A stretch of DNA of 64,000 bases, from positions 13,208,001 through 13,272,000 of the forward strand of contig NC_087250.1 in NCBI RefSeq assembly GCF_037042905.1. The letters are read 5' to 3'. The stretch is from Lytechinus pictus (taxonomy: Eukaryota). The position numbers were made by a program, and so were the translations under genes. Within the stretch, counting starts at the first letter, position 1. Each line of letters opens with the position of its first letter. The notes under the pieces were generated by a model that worked only from the letters and a program-made list of their open reading frames with translations, did no database searches and was not told where the DNA came from. This document shows positions 37,881 through 51,261 of this stretch, piece by piece.

Positions 37881-38173
37881 TGTAGTCTTCTGCGATTTAT
37901 TTGTGTAATTGGTGTATAAACGGGGTCTTGTGGCAGTTCCCCGTCCTCTCCTCCGATAAGTTTACTAGTTTACGACTAAGGAAGTAAGGGAAATGAAGTA
38001 AGAAACGAAAACAAAATTGAAAATTTTATAATATCAATCTAAAATTATGTCGAGTTAGATCACAATCTTAAATTTTCATTTTGAATAAATTAAGTTTTCC
38101 CTCAGTGGTGATTTTTTTAATCAATTTTGCCTCTTTTGGTATTTCATGATCGTATGATTTTATCTTGATACAG

Positions 38174-38428
38174 ATGTTGCTCACATATTTATCGGTGATA
38201 ATTCTGTACCCGCCATTCTCTATGCTCCCCTGCCGGAACCAAGCGATGACATCAACATCCTAGAATCGCGTTTCAATATGATTAGTCTTTCTGAGGGTTC
38301 TTTTGTAAACGGAATCGATTACGACCCAGGAAATAAGTTGGTGTACTGGAACGATCTCATCCTTAATCAAATATCTCGAATTTCCATTGATGGAGGCAGT
38401 CCCCAAGAATTCCTAATATCAACAACCC
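38174..38428 (+). CDS. YWTD-HYR gene exon 2: beta-propeller blades 1-2
   Basis: tacag acceptor, GTGAGT donor, 255 bp phase 1-1; HIFIGD..GIDYDPGNKLVYWND..ISRISIDGG. Confidence 0.92.
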
Positions 38429-40717
38429 GTGAGTATAGAAGAAAACGTTTGCTTTTTTAAAGGTATCTACATGTCTGCATGGAGGTACTTTTAATTTCTC
38501 CATATGTGTAAAAGTTTTATCAGATCAAAATTCGGGCTTATAATTTTTTTTGCGCCTGGCGGCCACTCTTATATCACCCAAAATATCTGGCATTATATTT
38601 GTTAATGATACTGACGCTATGTAGTGCGATATCCCAGAAATGCCATAAGGTTAAGGTTTTTCGCTAGTCTACCCTATATTTTTTTTTTTTTTTTTATTTA
38701 TCTATTTATTATTTATTCATTTATTCTATTTCATTTTTATTTATTTTTATTCTATTTATTTCTTTATTCTTATTATTGCCAACCGGTCGCTCGTTTTACT
38801 ATTAAGGAGCATACATACTATATTGCTATAAAGATGAAAATTGGTAACCGTTCAAGCTAGGCTGATCCTGCTGGCTCCCGGACTATAAATCACTCTGGGA
38901 GGAAGTGCCATCGACATGGAGTTGGCAGCGGTGATATTTGCTTCGTTCCTTGAGGCGTTGCGAGAGGGGTTGACTCCGCATCCGCTCTACTGTAATCGCG
39001 TCGCCATAGTGAAGGCCTCTTTGGTAGACTCTCTCCGAAGGTGCCGTGGGAGAACATGGAGGCCTGGTACATCCTGCATTCAACCGAACATCACTGATTT
39101 TTTTAGTTCATGGTCAAACTTAGATTCTACCCTTGTAATCAGCGTCTTCGTCTGTCAATTTTCCTTCAATTATCTGAGCATGGAAGTATCTACGTTCTGT
39201 CCCTTCTGAACTGTCCTAGTGGATTTTATAGGTTGCGCCGTCGAGCTTGATGTTGACGACGTAGAAAGCATTGGATCCTACCTCCATAACCTCGACATCA
39301 TCATCTTCCTCGTGTTGCGATATATGCCTTAGTTGTCAGCTACTCGGTTGGATGATGATGTAAATTGATTGGTCATTCACTGCTGCCTTTCTGTGATTGG
39401 CCGCCTAGCCTAATCACTCATTGCACTTGATGACTTTGTCCAATATTGATTGTTGTGATCGGTACCAGATGACGAAAATCTTGTTTTAATGGGAAAAGTC
39501 AAGATATCTTGGGGGCATATGTTACCTGTAAAGAGTATAAGATTAAAATAATCTATCTACAGGCGACCTGATTGGATGTTGCTTCCATATAACATAGGCG
39601 TTTTCGAGCTCTGCGACGACGCCCATGTGGCTCTCGACGGTCGCAAAAAAATCATCCCAAATCGAAGATGTCGCTGTTACCATAGTAGCAACAAGAATTT
39701 TGCACACGAACCGCATATTTAATGTTCTCGTTGCGGTTGCGAAATGTCCATGTCAAACAATTTGCATTGCACGACAGCTTTTACGACAGGACCAAAAGTC
39801 TCTTCCAAAAGCAACTAGCGTCATAAAGGTCCGTTCGCGTTGATGTGCGAAATCTCATAATGTAAAGGCATAACGTAGGCCCCGTTTAGTGGCGTACCTA
39901 CTTGCCCGCCAAAAAACCCAGAAAAAACGAGGGAAAGAAGAAAAAGAGCGAGAAAGAAAGAGAAACTTAGTTGGGAAAGAAGTTCTGTCTCGTTCGTTTT
40001 TCTTCTGCCAAATTTAAAAACAAAATGGCCGAACGATACCAAAACAAACGCGACATAGACGTCTAACTTTTCCCTTTTTTGAGGGTTACAGTTTGTGCCT
40101 CGATGTCCGGATAGCTGTGCCACGATAGACCTTCATCCATATAATAGAGGTAAGTGCATAATTTATTTCTCCCCTTTTATTTGAAGTGCTATTCAGACCC
40201 CATTCTACCCCATTTTGGAGAGTATATGTTTGACTAGTATTACACGGACGACAATCAACGAATCAACATTGTTCTCGGTCACTGGCCCTGTGTCCTGGAC
40301 CGGACTCAAAGTCCTCACCTCAAATAAACTTTGTATCAAACAAATAGGATGTGGACCAGAAAAAGGGTCGTACAGTACCACTTCCATCAGTGTACTGTAA
40401 ACATAACAAACAAGTAGACAATACTTCATCGTACCCTATTATTTTGCATTCGTGTTTGCTGTTATTACGTTGAACAGTTGGAACAGGTGGAATTTCATTG
40501 GAATGTAGACTACCCTAGGGTTTTTTTCTTATTGTTGCTTTTGGCTTTACCTCTGTTAAAATTTGAATTTTTGCAAGGAATGGATTTGGTAAGTGCAGTC
40601 TATATTTTGTTAGTTCTATGGCCTATGTAGATCTAGTTTAATATAGGCCTAGGTCTAGTTTCTCTACAATTTAGAGCCTAGATAAAGAATCTCCATCATC
40701 TCAGGCTATCTAATATA

Positions 40718-43137
40718 ACAGATATTGACTGATTGGGCAGGGACCTGAGAAGCGGGGGTGCTGGGGGTGCTGAAGCACCCCAAAAAATTATCCTGGGGGT
40801 GCTGCGTGTATTATTTTCCATAGGCAGCACCCCCACGAAATTAGGTTCCCCCTGTATTTTTTTTAATATGTTATAATGTACATAATTATCACATCAGACA
40901 ATCGCAAATCATTTATATAGTCTTTCACATATTCCAATAACATCCCTCCTATATAACGCGACTCAATCAAGCTCCAGTGGGGCAGCCACTCCACTCCGAT
41001 ACAGACGTAGTCGCGCGCAATACGTGATACACACTGGGGTGGTTGAAACTTCCAGGTTTTATGTCGAATCAAGTGAGCGCGCGCCCGACCGCCCGTGTAT
41101 TGTATACAAAAATTACAAGTTATAGAAATCAAATTTCACAGTCTTTTTTTCGCCCTGCCCCATGGCCCTACGGGCTGGGAAGCGGGGGTGTTCGGGGTGA
41201 AGCAACCCCAAAATTTGGGGGTGCTGCGTGTGTTATTTTCCATATATATATAGGCAGCGCACCTCCTGGAAATCTAGTGGTAGGTATGATAAATGACAGA
41301 AATGTAATGAAAATGAACGACGTTTTGTAGAACCCCCCCCCCCCACTTCAGAATTTTCTGACACATTACTTGAAATAGTGTTTAAATTCACCCTCTTTCA
41401 GATCGGAATATCAAATGTTTTCTGCTCGCGCTTCGCGCTCGCATTATTGATTTTTATCATAAAAAATGTATTTAGAATGCCCAGATACTATATAGGTCTA
41501 ACTCTAAACACGCGCACGCATGTTTTATTCAGATACGCAGCTTCACCAGCTTGATTGGGGGGGGGGGTACTCCGGGCTGAAAATATTTATATCAAATACA
41601 TTTTATCAAAATAAATAAATTTTATCAAAATCTGATAACGATTAGTTAAGTTATTTAATTCTAAAGTTTAGCAATATTTTTATGAAAATGGTGATATGCA
41701 TGTCGTCATGAATATTTAATAGGTGGGCTGATGCTGTCACATCCCCACTATCCTAGCTGTTCCTTGTGGAATCAAAATTGTTTCATTTTTTTCATACCAG
41801 AATGAATGATATGTCTCCCTTATAATGAAATAAGTTGCAGCAAAGAATATCTAATGGACTAAATCAGTTGTCAATTCAACTGTTTTGGTTCTTGAAAGGA
41901 AAATATTGAATAAACCTAATTTCATATAATAAAATACAAAAGTGGGGAATAATGCTAATCTTTAAAATGCAATAACTGTGATTCCTTGTCTGATTTTAAT
42001 CAAATCTTTATTCTTATGTTCGTCTGAGTTTTCTTTATCTGTTCAAACCATTTTACATTCAGTGTGGAGTTTCAGATCAGAATATCAAAAAATTTCTGCT
42101 CGCGCTTCGCGCTCACATTATTAATGTAAGAATATATCCAATTACCCATCATTTTCTTGATTTACAAAACATGAATGGAATGTCCCGTTTTCAGGTCTGA
42201 AATCTCAATTTTGTTTCCGCTCGCGCTTTGCGCTCGCATCAATTGTATAGTTATATACCTATCCTGTTCATGATTAGAAAAGTGCATAAGATGTCTCGTT
42301 TTTAGGTTTGAAATCTCATTTTTATTTCCGCTCGCGCTACGCGCTTGCATCAATTGTATAGTTTTATACCTATACTCATCATGATTAGAAAAGTACTTAG
42401 AATCTCTAGTTTTTTTGGTCTGAAATCTCAATTTTGTTTCCGCTCGCGCTTCGCGCTCGCATCAATTGTAAATATACCTATCCTGCTCATAATTAAAAAA
42501 CGTGCTTAGAATGTCCAGTATTTAGGTCGGAATGTCAAATTTTTCAGCTCGCACTTCGCGCTCGCATTATTTGATTGTTGATATATGTATCGTCTTCATG
42601 GGTAACTGCAAAACAATCCTTATAACACGTCCCTTTCGATCAGGCCAGAGCGTATATAAAAAAATATCTGCTCGCGCTCACAATTATTATTTGTTACATA
42701 CGCATCTTGGACCACAAACATTGCTCAAAATGTTCAATTTTCAGGACAAAATACATGAAATTTCCACAAAAAATAGCTCGCGCTTCGCGCTCGAATTATC
42801 TAATTATATATTTATGTTCTTTTATAAGAAGAAGTGACTGTCATATATATGTATATTTATATATATGTGTGTGTGTGTGGTATGTGTAATTATGTTAAAC
42901 TCAATTGTGTCTGTCCCCCCCCCCCACCTCTGAGGAGAGATTTCAGCACCCCCACTGAAAAAATCGTTCCCAGGTCCCTGTGATTGGGTGTGTAAAATAA
43001 TTATTCTTTGGACCGCCTAAAGGATTTATATTTTCCCTCGTGGTCATATTTTCCATTAGCGCTGCGCGCTTCGGGAAAATGTGAATCCGGCGGTCCAAGC
43101 AATGTTTATATTACACACCCCATCAGTCAATATCTGT
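40718..43137. mobile_element. Small palindromic MITE split by hAT copy 2
   Basis: acagatattgactgat (40718-40733) / atcagtcaatatctgt (43122-43137); ttggaccgcc / ggcggtccaa inside. Confidence 0.75.
40738..42980 (+). mobile_element. Non-autonomous hAT element, copy 2 (2243 bp)
   Basis: Same TIRs as copy 1; perfect 8-bp TSD tgattggg; near-identical sequence. Confidence 0.93.
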
Positions 43138-43389
43138 ATAATATTATATGATACATATATATACTATATTATAATACTAAAGAAATATTTCTTTTTCATA
43201 ATTTTATGAAACATGTGTTCATTACTCTCCTGGTGCTCGCATTGTCTGTTTAATGACATGAATGATCCTGTTGAAGGGGATTTTGTACTATAACATCCCG
43301 TTATCAAATCAATATACACCGGCTCCCACTTTGAACTTGTATTGTTTTATGTAGTGACATTAATTATGCTTATTTTCCATGACTACATA

Positions 43390-45345
43390 AAGTGAGTTAA
43401 CTTGATAGCGATGATCCTGATACATATCCAGACCTAATGGCACCATCTTGTGGTGTTCAGGGAGTAGCCTATCACTTCATTGACTTGGCTGAAGTAAGAA
43501 GAAAGCGGCGTATATCCACTGGCGGATCCAGTGAGAAGCAAAATTAAAATTTGTAATGTAAAAATGCCATTAAAACAGAGGTGTGCCCCCTCTTTTTTTT
43601 CCTTTTTTGTGCTTGTCAATTTTTTCAGGTACGAAATATCCTTAATTGGTTGTTATTTTTTGTTTTCGTGTCAAATGTTTTCGGTTACGAAATATTCATA
43701 ATTTGTGGTTGAATTTTTTTTTTCTTTCCTTGTCAATTTTTTTCGGGTACGAAATATCCATAATTTGTGGATGAAAACCTTTTTTTTCTCTTTGCTTGTC
43801 ATTTTTTTTTGGGGGGGTAAGAAATATCCTTTAGTTAATTTGTGGTTGATTTTTTGTTTTTTCGTGTCAAAATTTTCCTCCGAAATATTTGCTTCCCTCC
43901 CCCCTTTTGAAAAATCCTGGATCCGCCCCTGAGTATATCATCAAAGGTCCATCTTCAAAGAGTTGTTACCTTGACTCACTGGAACAGGGTAGGTGAAAGA
44001 ACATCACTTCCTGAACTTGAGCACCTTATTAACTGTGTGTTGACAGAAGCGATATTGTTGCCTGTCATCAAGAATGCATCATTATATAAGAATGCCTCGC
44101 AGAGATATTGCCCGATTTCTAGCATGCAATTTAGGTCGAATATCATTGAGCGCGCACTGCACAGACAACTATTTGAGAATATATTTAGGAATGGCTGGGC
44201 CTCTACTGTCAGCGTACAAGCACCATAAAAACACGGAAACAGCACTACACAAGATTCAGACTGACATTTTATGGGCAATTGACAAGCAGAATAAGGTAAT
44301 GATGGTTTTGCTTGACTTAACAGCTACATCCGATACAGTTGACCACGCAACTCTGCTCCAGGACAACTTTGGGGTTAGAGGAACTGGCCTAGAACTTCTC
44401 AAATCTTATTTCGAGGAGAGTGTACTTGTGTCTGGTCAGTTTTCCAGACTACATACATTGCAATATGGCGTAAGGTTCCTCATCTAGTTTACACTCTATG
44501 TTCGTCCGATCGGAGATATCCTTCGGTCTCAAGATGTTTCCTTCCATATGTACATGTATACAGATAACATATTAGATCTACACCAGTTTTGCTCCAAATG
44601 ATCCAGTGGCTGTTGGTCAAATATGCTGTTCACAAACTCGGCTGCTTTATCCTTTAAATTCATGACTGGATGAAGTCAAACAAGGTCACACTCAATAATG
44701 AAAATACTAAATTCTTTGTAGCTACTCCGCATCATCTATCATCTGATCTCATTAAGGATGTTAGACTGATGATCACTGAGAACTCTGTCTAGCCATGTAA
44801 GTCAATTCAAAATCTAAGCAATCATGTCACTTGGTCTGAAGAAACGTCAAGCATCACCTTCCTAACCTTTGGAAATTGAGAAGTTTCATTGATAAGAAAA
44901 CATGCCATGCTGCTTTCGGGGCTCTTCTTTTTTCCAGACTAGACTATTGTAATGATCTCTTCAGTGTTCTTGTCAAGGAGGACTTAGATCGACTTCAGAG
45001 ACTACAGAACTCGGAAACTAGGCATGTCTTCTCTGCTCCCCTTCAGACTCACTCAGATCCTCTCCGACTGCAACTTCATTGGTTGCCTGCGAGACAGATA
45101 GCCTTCAAAATTTTCCTTCTAGTCTTTAAGTCTCTCGATCACCGAAGTCCGGAATCTATTGATAAGAATCTAGTTCCTCGTTCTAAAGTCCGTAATACTT
45201 GTTCATCGTCATCAATCTGGCTTATTCAGCACCTTTCGAAGAAACGTGCTGGCGAGCTGTTCTTTCATATGGTAGCTGCAACACTATGGAATCATCTACC
45301 TGCTGAAGTAAAGACTTCCACTGGTGACCGGTTCAAGAAAATCAT
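43390..45345 (+). pseudogene. L2-clade LINE ORF2 (reverse transcriptase) remnant
   Basis: YCPISSMQF, SAYKHHKNTETAL, LLDLTATSDTVDH, SRLDYCN, LQLHWLP, TLWNHLP in broken frames. Confidence 0.9.
43517..43931. mobile_element. hAT MITE inside the L2 remnant
   Basis: TIR cactggcggatcca / tggatccgcccctg; flanks cgtatatc / agtatatc. Confidence 0.8.
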
Positions 45346-45724
45346 TGTTTTTAGTCCCATCTATACACAACAAAAGAGTAAGTCCCCCCTGAATCAAATT
45401 GCTGTAACTTTTGAACGGAATAATTTTGAATATTTCCTAGGTGGTTTTTTACACTCATTAAGCAACTCCTGGAGAAAAATGAACTTGATCGGTTGAGTCA
45501 TGCATGAGTAATCAAAGATTGAATTAAAATTTATCATTTTTGAAAGTCACAAGGGTCGTTTTTCAGATTGTGTAAATACAAACTTGGGCAAAGGTTGTTC
45601 TTAGGTGAATTTTATGGTGTTAATGCTGTTTTACTATCCATCATTTAGCCACTTCACACAAAATTTTGATATCGTATGTTTATGGTTGAGTGAGCACAAT
45701 TTTTTGTGACGTATATCATCATAG

Positions 45725-48047
45725 GGGCATTTTCACCACAGATGGACACAGAGGCAAAAAAATCAAGTTGATATTCATGTCAAATGCTTTATGTTTTTTA
45801 ATGAAACAAGACCTGAAGTTTCTGAGACAATTTTTTTTTCCGACTCTGGCAGCCATTTTTTATTTCAAAATGGCTGCCAAAGTATGGATACAAATTAAGT
45901 GTTGAAAATAGTATATTGATACATATTTTGTTTTGACAGATTTTTAAAGAACAGGTTTGATCATGATGTTTTCGCCTGTGATTTAGCTTGCTATTATAAC
46001 ACTGTTTAAAATCCCATAGAAAGAAACTCCAGTAATTCATTCATCTGATAAAAAAAACATTGATGAAGTATGTGATATGGTATGTAATGTCAGTTACCGA
46101 AAACATGAACTTTTTTTTCTCATTTCCTGGAAAAGAGGATATATAATATGAAACTTGGTAGATTTCCTCTCTAGGTAACACCCCTCCCTTCTACACCAAA
46201 ATTAAAGATTACCAATTAACAATGAAGCCATAGGGTACCATTAAATATATGTAATGTCAGTTACCAAGTGGAAAATGCAAAGTCAGTTACCGAGATGTAA
46301 TGTCAGTTACCATGATAAAACGTTGGTTACCAATATTGAAATGCAAATATGTGGTCAATTTTATGGTGAAGAAATATTGTTTACTTGTTATTTAAGTCTT
46401 TCACTTTAAAAGTCACACCAGAAGGAGCTTGCTATTGACTTTTAAAAGGTACGTGTAGTTCACAAGGAATACTATATGAAATTATGAAGGAAGTTGCATT
46501 CCAATCGTGCAAAAAAATTACTATGAAATTGTTTTGTACATGCACTTACCAAGTACCTAATTGTTTGTATCAGACAATTTTTTTTTTTTTTTTTTTTTGG
46601 GGGGGGTAGGGGGTACTTTTCCAAACCTATTGCCTAAATCTGCAACATTTTTTAAGCTTAACATTGTGATGAAGGGAATTTCCAGGGTCCCTTTTTTAGT
46701 TTCTAGGATTCTTTTGAGCATTGCCTCGCTAAAAGAAAATTCCTGGTTTTTATACCTGTTAGTAGTGTGAATGTGTGATACAATTTTGTTTTTGGTTTAC
46801 AAGTTTAGAGGAAAAGTGTAATTTGACAGTTCTGATCAATGTTGCATGCATCTACTAAAACTGTGTTATTTTTTCTAATTTACATATAGTTCAGTTTCAG
46901 TTTAGAAGGTGGAGTTTATTTTTTGTTGACAGCTTAAAAAAGAAATTAGCAAAGAAAATGATTAAACAAATTATGAAGAGAATTGAAATCCGACAGATAT
47001 GAACAAGCATTGCTTGCACTGACCAGCATAGAAATCAATAAAACTACATGGCTGCATGAGATTGGGGGAGGGGTACGTGTAGCCTAGGGGAGGAGACCCT
47101 TATTCATTTTTGCCTTTTTTGAGGGGAGGGGGAGGTTGGAGAAGGAAAAGGTATAAAAAGTCAATATAAAACTGATGAATATATTATGGGTGTATAGTCA
47201 GAAAAATCCATGTGTACAGTCAATGCAATATTAAATTACTATAGGAAAATATGTAGCTGCTATGACCCCCCCCCCCCTCCCCCGAGTAAGTAAAACATAC
47301 ATTTCTTATCTTTTGATAATTAAAACTGTGAAGTATTATGAAATTTTTATGATTTTAAAAAGCCTTACATATACATGTAAGTACCAAGAAAATTATGCCT
47401 TTGAAAATCATATAGCACTGGTAAATGTTAATGTGTATTGTCAGTTACCGACAAGTAATGATAAAAATGTTCAAATCAAAGAAAGGAATTAAGAGAAAGA
47501 AAAAGTTTTTTCATTGAAATGTTCCTAGAAACTCGGGTATACTTCCACATCAAGCTCACTTTCATGTGAAGCCCTGCACAGAAGATACAATGCAATGATT
47601 CCACACATTTGACTTCCATGTGTTATCTCTATGGCAAATTAAGTGTAATGTCAGTTACCAGCATGGTTGTGGAAAAATTATCATAGCCCCCAAAAGACAA
47701 AAACGTATTGTTTTTAATATTTTGACACATCTTAACCTAGTAACGGAGGTATATTAACATATTCAAATTATTACTCTTTCTACTGAGGGACATGAGATAT
47801 TTCAATTTTAATGAACACCCTGAAATTGCATGTCCTTTTGCGTAATGTCAGTTACCGACACTTTTTTGCTTGCTGATGCGTAAAAAAATGTGGTTACATA
47901 GGAAAACTTAGTATCAGAGTATATAGCAAGGTTCACTTTATTAACTCTATCAAAAGCAAACTCCTATCATTTGTTGTTTTAGAGATACACACAATGAAAG
48001 GTGTGAAAACATTGTGCCGTGTAATGTCAGTTACCGTGAAAATGCCC
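45725..48047. mobile_element. Sola2-like non-autonomous element
   Basis: 12-bp TIR gggcattttcac / gtgaaaatgccc; 4-bp ATAG duplication; GRG terminus; tgtcagttacc-type motif repeated about eight times. Confidence 0.65.
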
Positions 48048-50288
48048 ATAGGGGTATATGGCAGTACCCCCTACAACGTGTTAAAACATGTTAAAATTGT
48101 AAAATGTTGGTGGCTACCCCAATTACTCGGCCCCTCCCCTTTTTAAAAATTCTGGATCCACCACTGATTTGTCCATAAATTCAACTGATCCCGAGAAATG
48201 GTTAGGGAAAGAATTCATTTATGCAGTATAAAGAATATTCATTCCCAAGTGTTCGAATGTGCTCGCTCAACCATGAAAATGTAAAAAGTTTGGAAAGTGT
48301 GTGGTGATAAAACAGATGGATGATAAAAACAACAGCAATTAAGTCGCATTTGAAACCAAATTTGCCCCCATTATTTACTTTATTACCCCTCAAAATGAGT
48401 CTGTGACATTGAAAATGTCCCTTTTCCCACTTTGATGCATGCTCACTCATCCATAAATAAACATATCGATTTCATTTTTCCACAGAATTCTGCCCGTTGG
48501 TTGATAAACATAACTGCCAAATTAATTTGCTAAAGACAGCCTTGAAAATTTGTTCCACCATATTGAATAAGGGGTCACTTATTCTTAAAATATGCACCCA
48601 TTGTGTACTCACTGTCTATGAGGGAGGAAGTCAAAATTTTAACAAAAATGAAAGGAGGGTATGTTTCATAGACTGTTTTTGTTACTTCTGAGAACAACTT
48701 TTTCATGAAACTTCGCACATGGCTTCAGATTAACTCTATCCAAAAGGCGCGCACACGAAAGAAATCATTCGATACGGCACAGAGTGGGGCCAAGGCCTTA
48801 AACTTTCTTCTCATTTGCATAATTTTCGAATATTGTGTGCTCACTGAAGCATTAGACATCGGGATTTTCATAAAAATCAAATGAACTATGCAAGGAGGTT
48901 TGTGACAGATATCCATAGTGCAATTGCATTTTTTCCAATATCGTACAAAAGAGCTAATCACATTCAACATGTTCATTCAAGCGTGAATGTTTAATTTAAC
49001 GCCTTTGAATCATAGAAGCATGTTAATTGGTCATGAACATAACGAAAAAAGTTGAGAAAAGATAATTTCAGTTACCAAAATGAAACAATACTTCCCTATG
49101 ATATTTGAAAATCGTATATTTTGTTTTTATTAAATGTTCATTGATCCGTGAAACAAAGAATATTGTTTAAGATATTCTTCCCAAAAATAAATGTCATCAT
49201 ATTCGATAATTTTTATCGATAGAAATGTGTAAAAAATGCAATTATAGCAAATTTTAACTTTCGCTGATGTGGTTTACGGTACACCATGTGGAGTGTTATA
49301 GAAACAGTGGATAGAAGAAGAGAAGAAATGGATAGGCGAGAAAGTGGAGATTTGAGAGTAGAGTATTTTTTCTTGAAAGTAGTCCTGAAAAGGACTGTAA
49401 ACCAGGAAAGTTTGATGAGTTGAGAACAGCTTGAGTAGTAGAGCTGATGAGGAGATGTTGGCTTGAGTCGGCGAGTAGAGATGATCATATGTTGACACAA
49501 ACACATCGATTGATCAGTGTTCCCAGCTCCTAAGAAAGATGCCTAAATTTTATTTGAATAAACTTGCGAATAAGGTAATGAGGTGATGATTGAGGATGAT
49601 AAGTTGGGCTTCATTGCTAACTCCTCAATTAATTCTAAAGTGTGACGGTTATATTATTTCTGACAAAGAGGCAACATCGTGCAGGCATGCTCATTGTAGT
49701 CATGAGTGTCCATTATGCTGATGTGATATATTCTGACCATTACTTGGTCTCTGGAGCCAAGAAGGACTACACATTTCTGGTGCATGTGCTGTTCTGAGCT
49801 TATCATTGGGGCCCTTTTGCATGAAGTGGAATTTAAGGATTTCGTGCATATGCAATTCTTCACAATTTCTGGGGGCAGCTGCAAAAAAAGAAGAAAACAA
49901 AACGAAAAAATTGCTTTCTTAAAACCTTCAGTGTAATTTGCCATTTACGTACCGAAAGTTCGTTGACCTTTTGGCATTTCTGGTCATAACTTTTTAACGG
50001 GAGGTCAAGAGTATATGATTGTGTACACTTTCTCGACAAACAATTTGATGTGTCAGTCAAATGTTTATTAAACGTTATCAAGACATACAAACGCACATTT
50101 CGAAAATATTTACAATTACATGCTTACTTTTCCGTGCGAACCCTGTTAATAGTAGAAAGTCTTTTTTATGAAATAAGCATCAGTACGTTAAACATTGTTG
50201 AGCAAATTTGCTATAATAACCATGGTAACAATGATTGATAGCAATGCTACGTTTTCTGTAAAGAGGTTTAAATGTTTTTTTTTTTCAG

Positions 50289-50463
50289 GACCTACTTCCA
50301 TCGCACTTGATCTTGGGCATGGGAAAATCTACTGGTCTGGGTACACTGAGGATAAGGGTGGTACTATCTCAACTGCCAATCTCGACGGCCGCTCCGTTAA
50401 TATAATCTACACTTATGACCATTCTGTGCTACCTGCTTTAACCTTGTTTGATCCCTTCTCTGA
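50289..50463 (+). CDS. YWTD-HYR gene exon 3: propeller blade 3
   Basis: T-tract+cag acceptor, GTAAGT donor, 175 bp phase 1-2; PTSIALDLGHGKIYWSG..ISTANLDG. Confidence 0.92.
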
Positions 50464-50513
50464 GTAAGTAGAAAAATACATTTCGTAGTGTGTCTTAATG
50501 ATCAAGAAATTAA

Positions 50514-50977
50514 CCCGGGGGGGGGGGGGGCAGTCAAATATATTGCTGTTCACACGCGTAACCAAAAAAACGCGTTTAAAGGGGTGTTTTTTTTTTTTTT
50601 AGTTTTGGACGCGGTCCGCGCGTGGACTCGTTAAGGGTATCAAAAACACCGATTTTCAAGAAAAAGGGTGGTTTTTAAAGACTGGTCAATGGTCAATCGA
50701 GGGGTCAAACGTATTTAGGGTATGTTTTCCCCAAAGCTTTTTTTAAGACTAGCCAAACGTGTTTAGGGTATTTTTTTCCCCCAAGCTTTTTCCCCGAGGT
50801 CATATTTTGGCGACATCTTGTTTAGGGGCCAAAATGTGTAAATAAAGCCCGCGAAAAACTTGTTTAGGGGGTTATTTTTCACACAGAGAAAAACTCGTAT
50901 AGGGGGTGTTTGGAAATTTCTTGGTCATGCGTGTATACAGCAATATATTTGACTGCCCACCCCCCCCCCCCCCCGGG
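50514..50977. mobile_element. MITE with cccggg/poly-G termini
   Basis: cccggg(G)n cagtcaaatatattgctgt mirrored by acagcaatatatttgactg(C)n ggg; internal gtttagggg repeats. Confidence 0.8.
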
Positions 50978-51029
50978 GGGGCAAATTAATGTTATTAAAA
51001 TCCACGCATTATAAGGGATTGATGGAATG

Positions 51030-51192
51030 CAGGGGAGCGTTTCATGAACATTTTTGTCTGACAAGTTGTCAGATCTGACATCTTTCCTTGATTCTGATTG
51101 GCTGAGAGGCACTATTACTATAGTAACTGTCGGATCAAATGGGACTTGTCAGATAAAACGTCCGACAAGTCCTTTCATGAAACGCTCCCCTG
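51030..51192. mobile_element. Harbinger-type MITE
   Basis: caggggagcgtttcatgaa / ttcatgaaacgctcccctg. Confidence 0.8.
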
Positions 51193-51261
51193 GTGAGGAT
51201 ATCTTGTGAAGTATTCTTTTGCATTGTCGTTGTTTTCAGTATTTTTTATGTCCGGTATCTT

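Noticed and set aside
40092..40149. Plus-strand segment with good splice sites in intron 2
   Set aside because: Phase-1 reading hits TAG after seven codons; exons 2 and 3 join without it.
23489..42980. Assembly artefact or segmental duplication as the cause of the 2.25-kb repeat, and its duplicated ORFs as genes
   Set aside because: Identity stops exactly at the TIRs and each copy has its own TSD; the ORFs show no recognisable domain.
49213..50146. Cluster of minus-strand ORFs as a transposase
   Set aside because: No DDE or HTH motif recognisable; only a Tc1-like end near 50146 without a confident partner.
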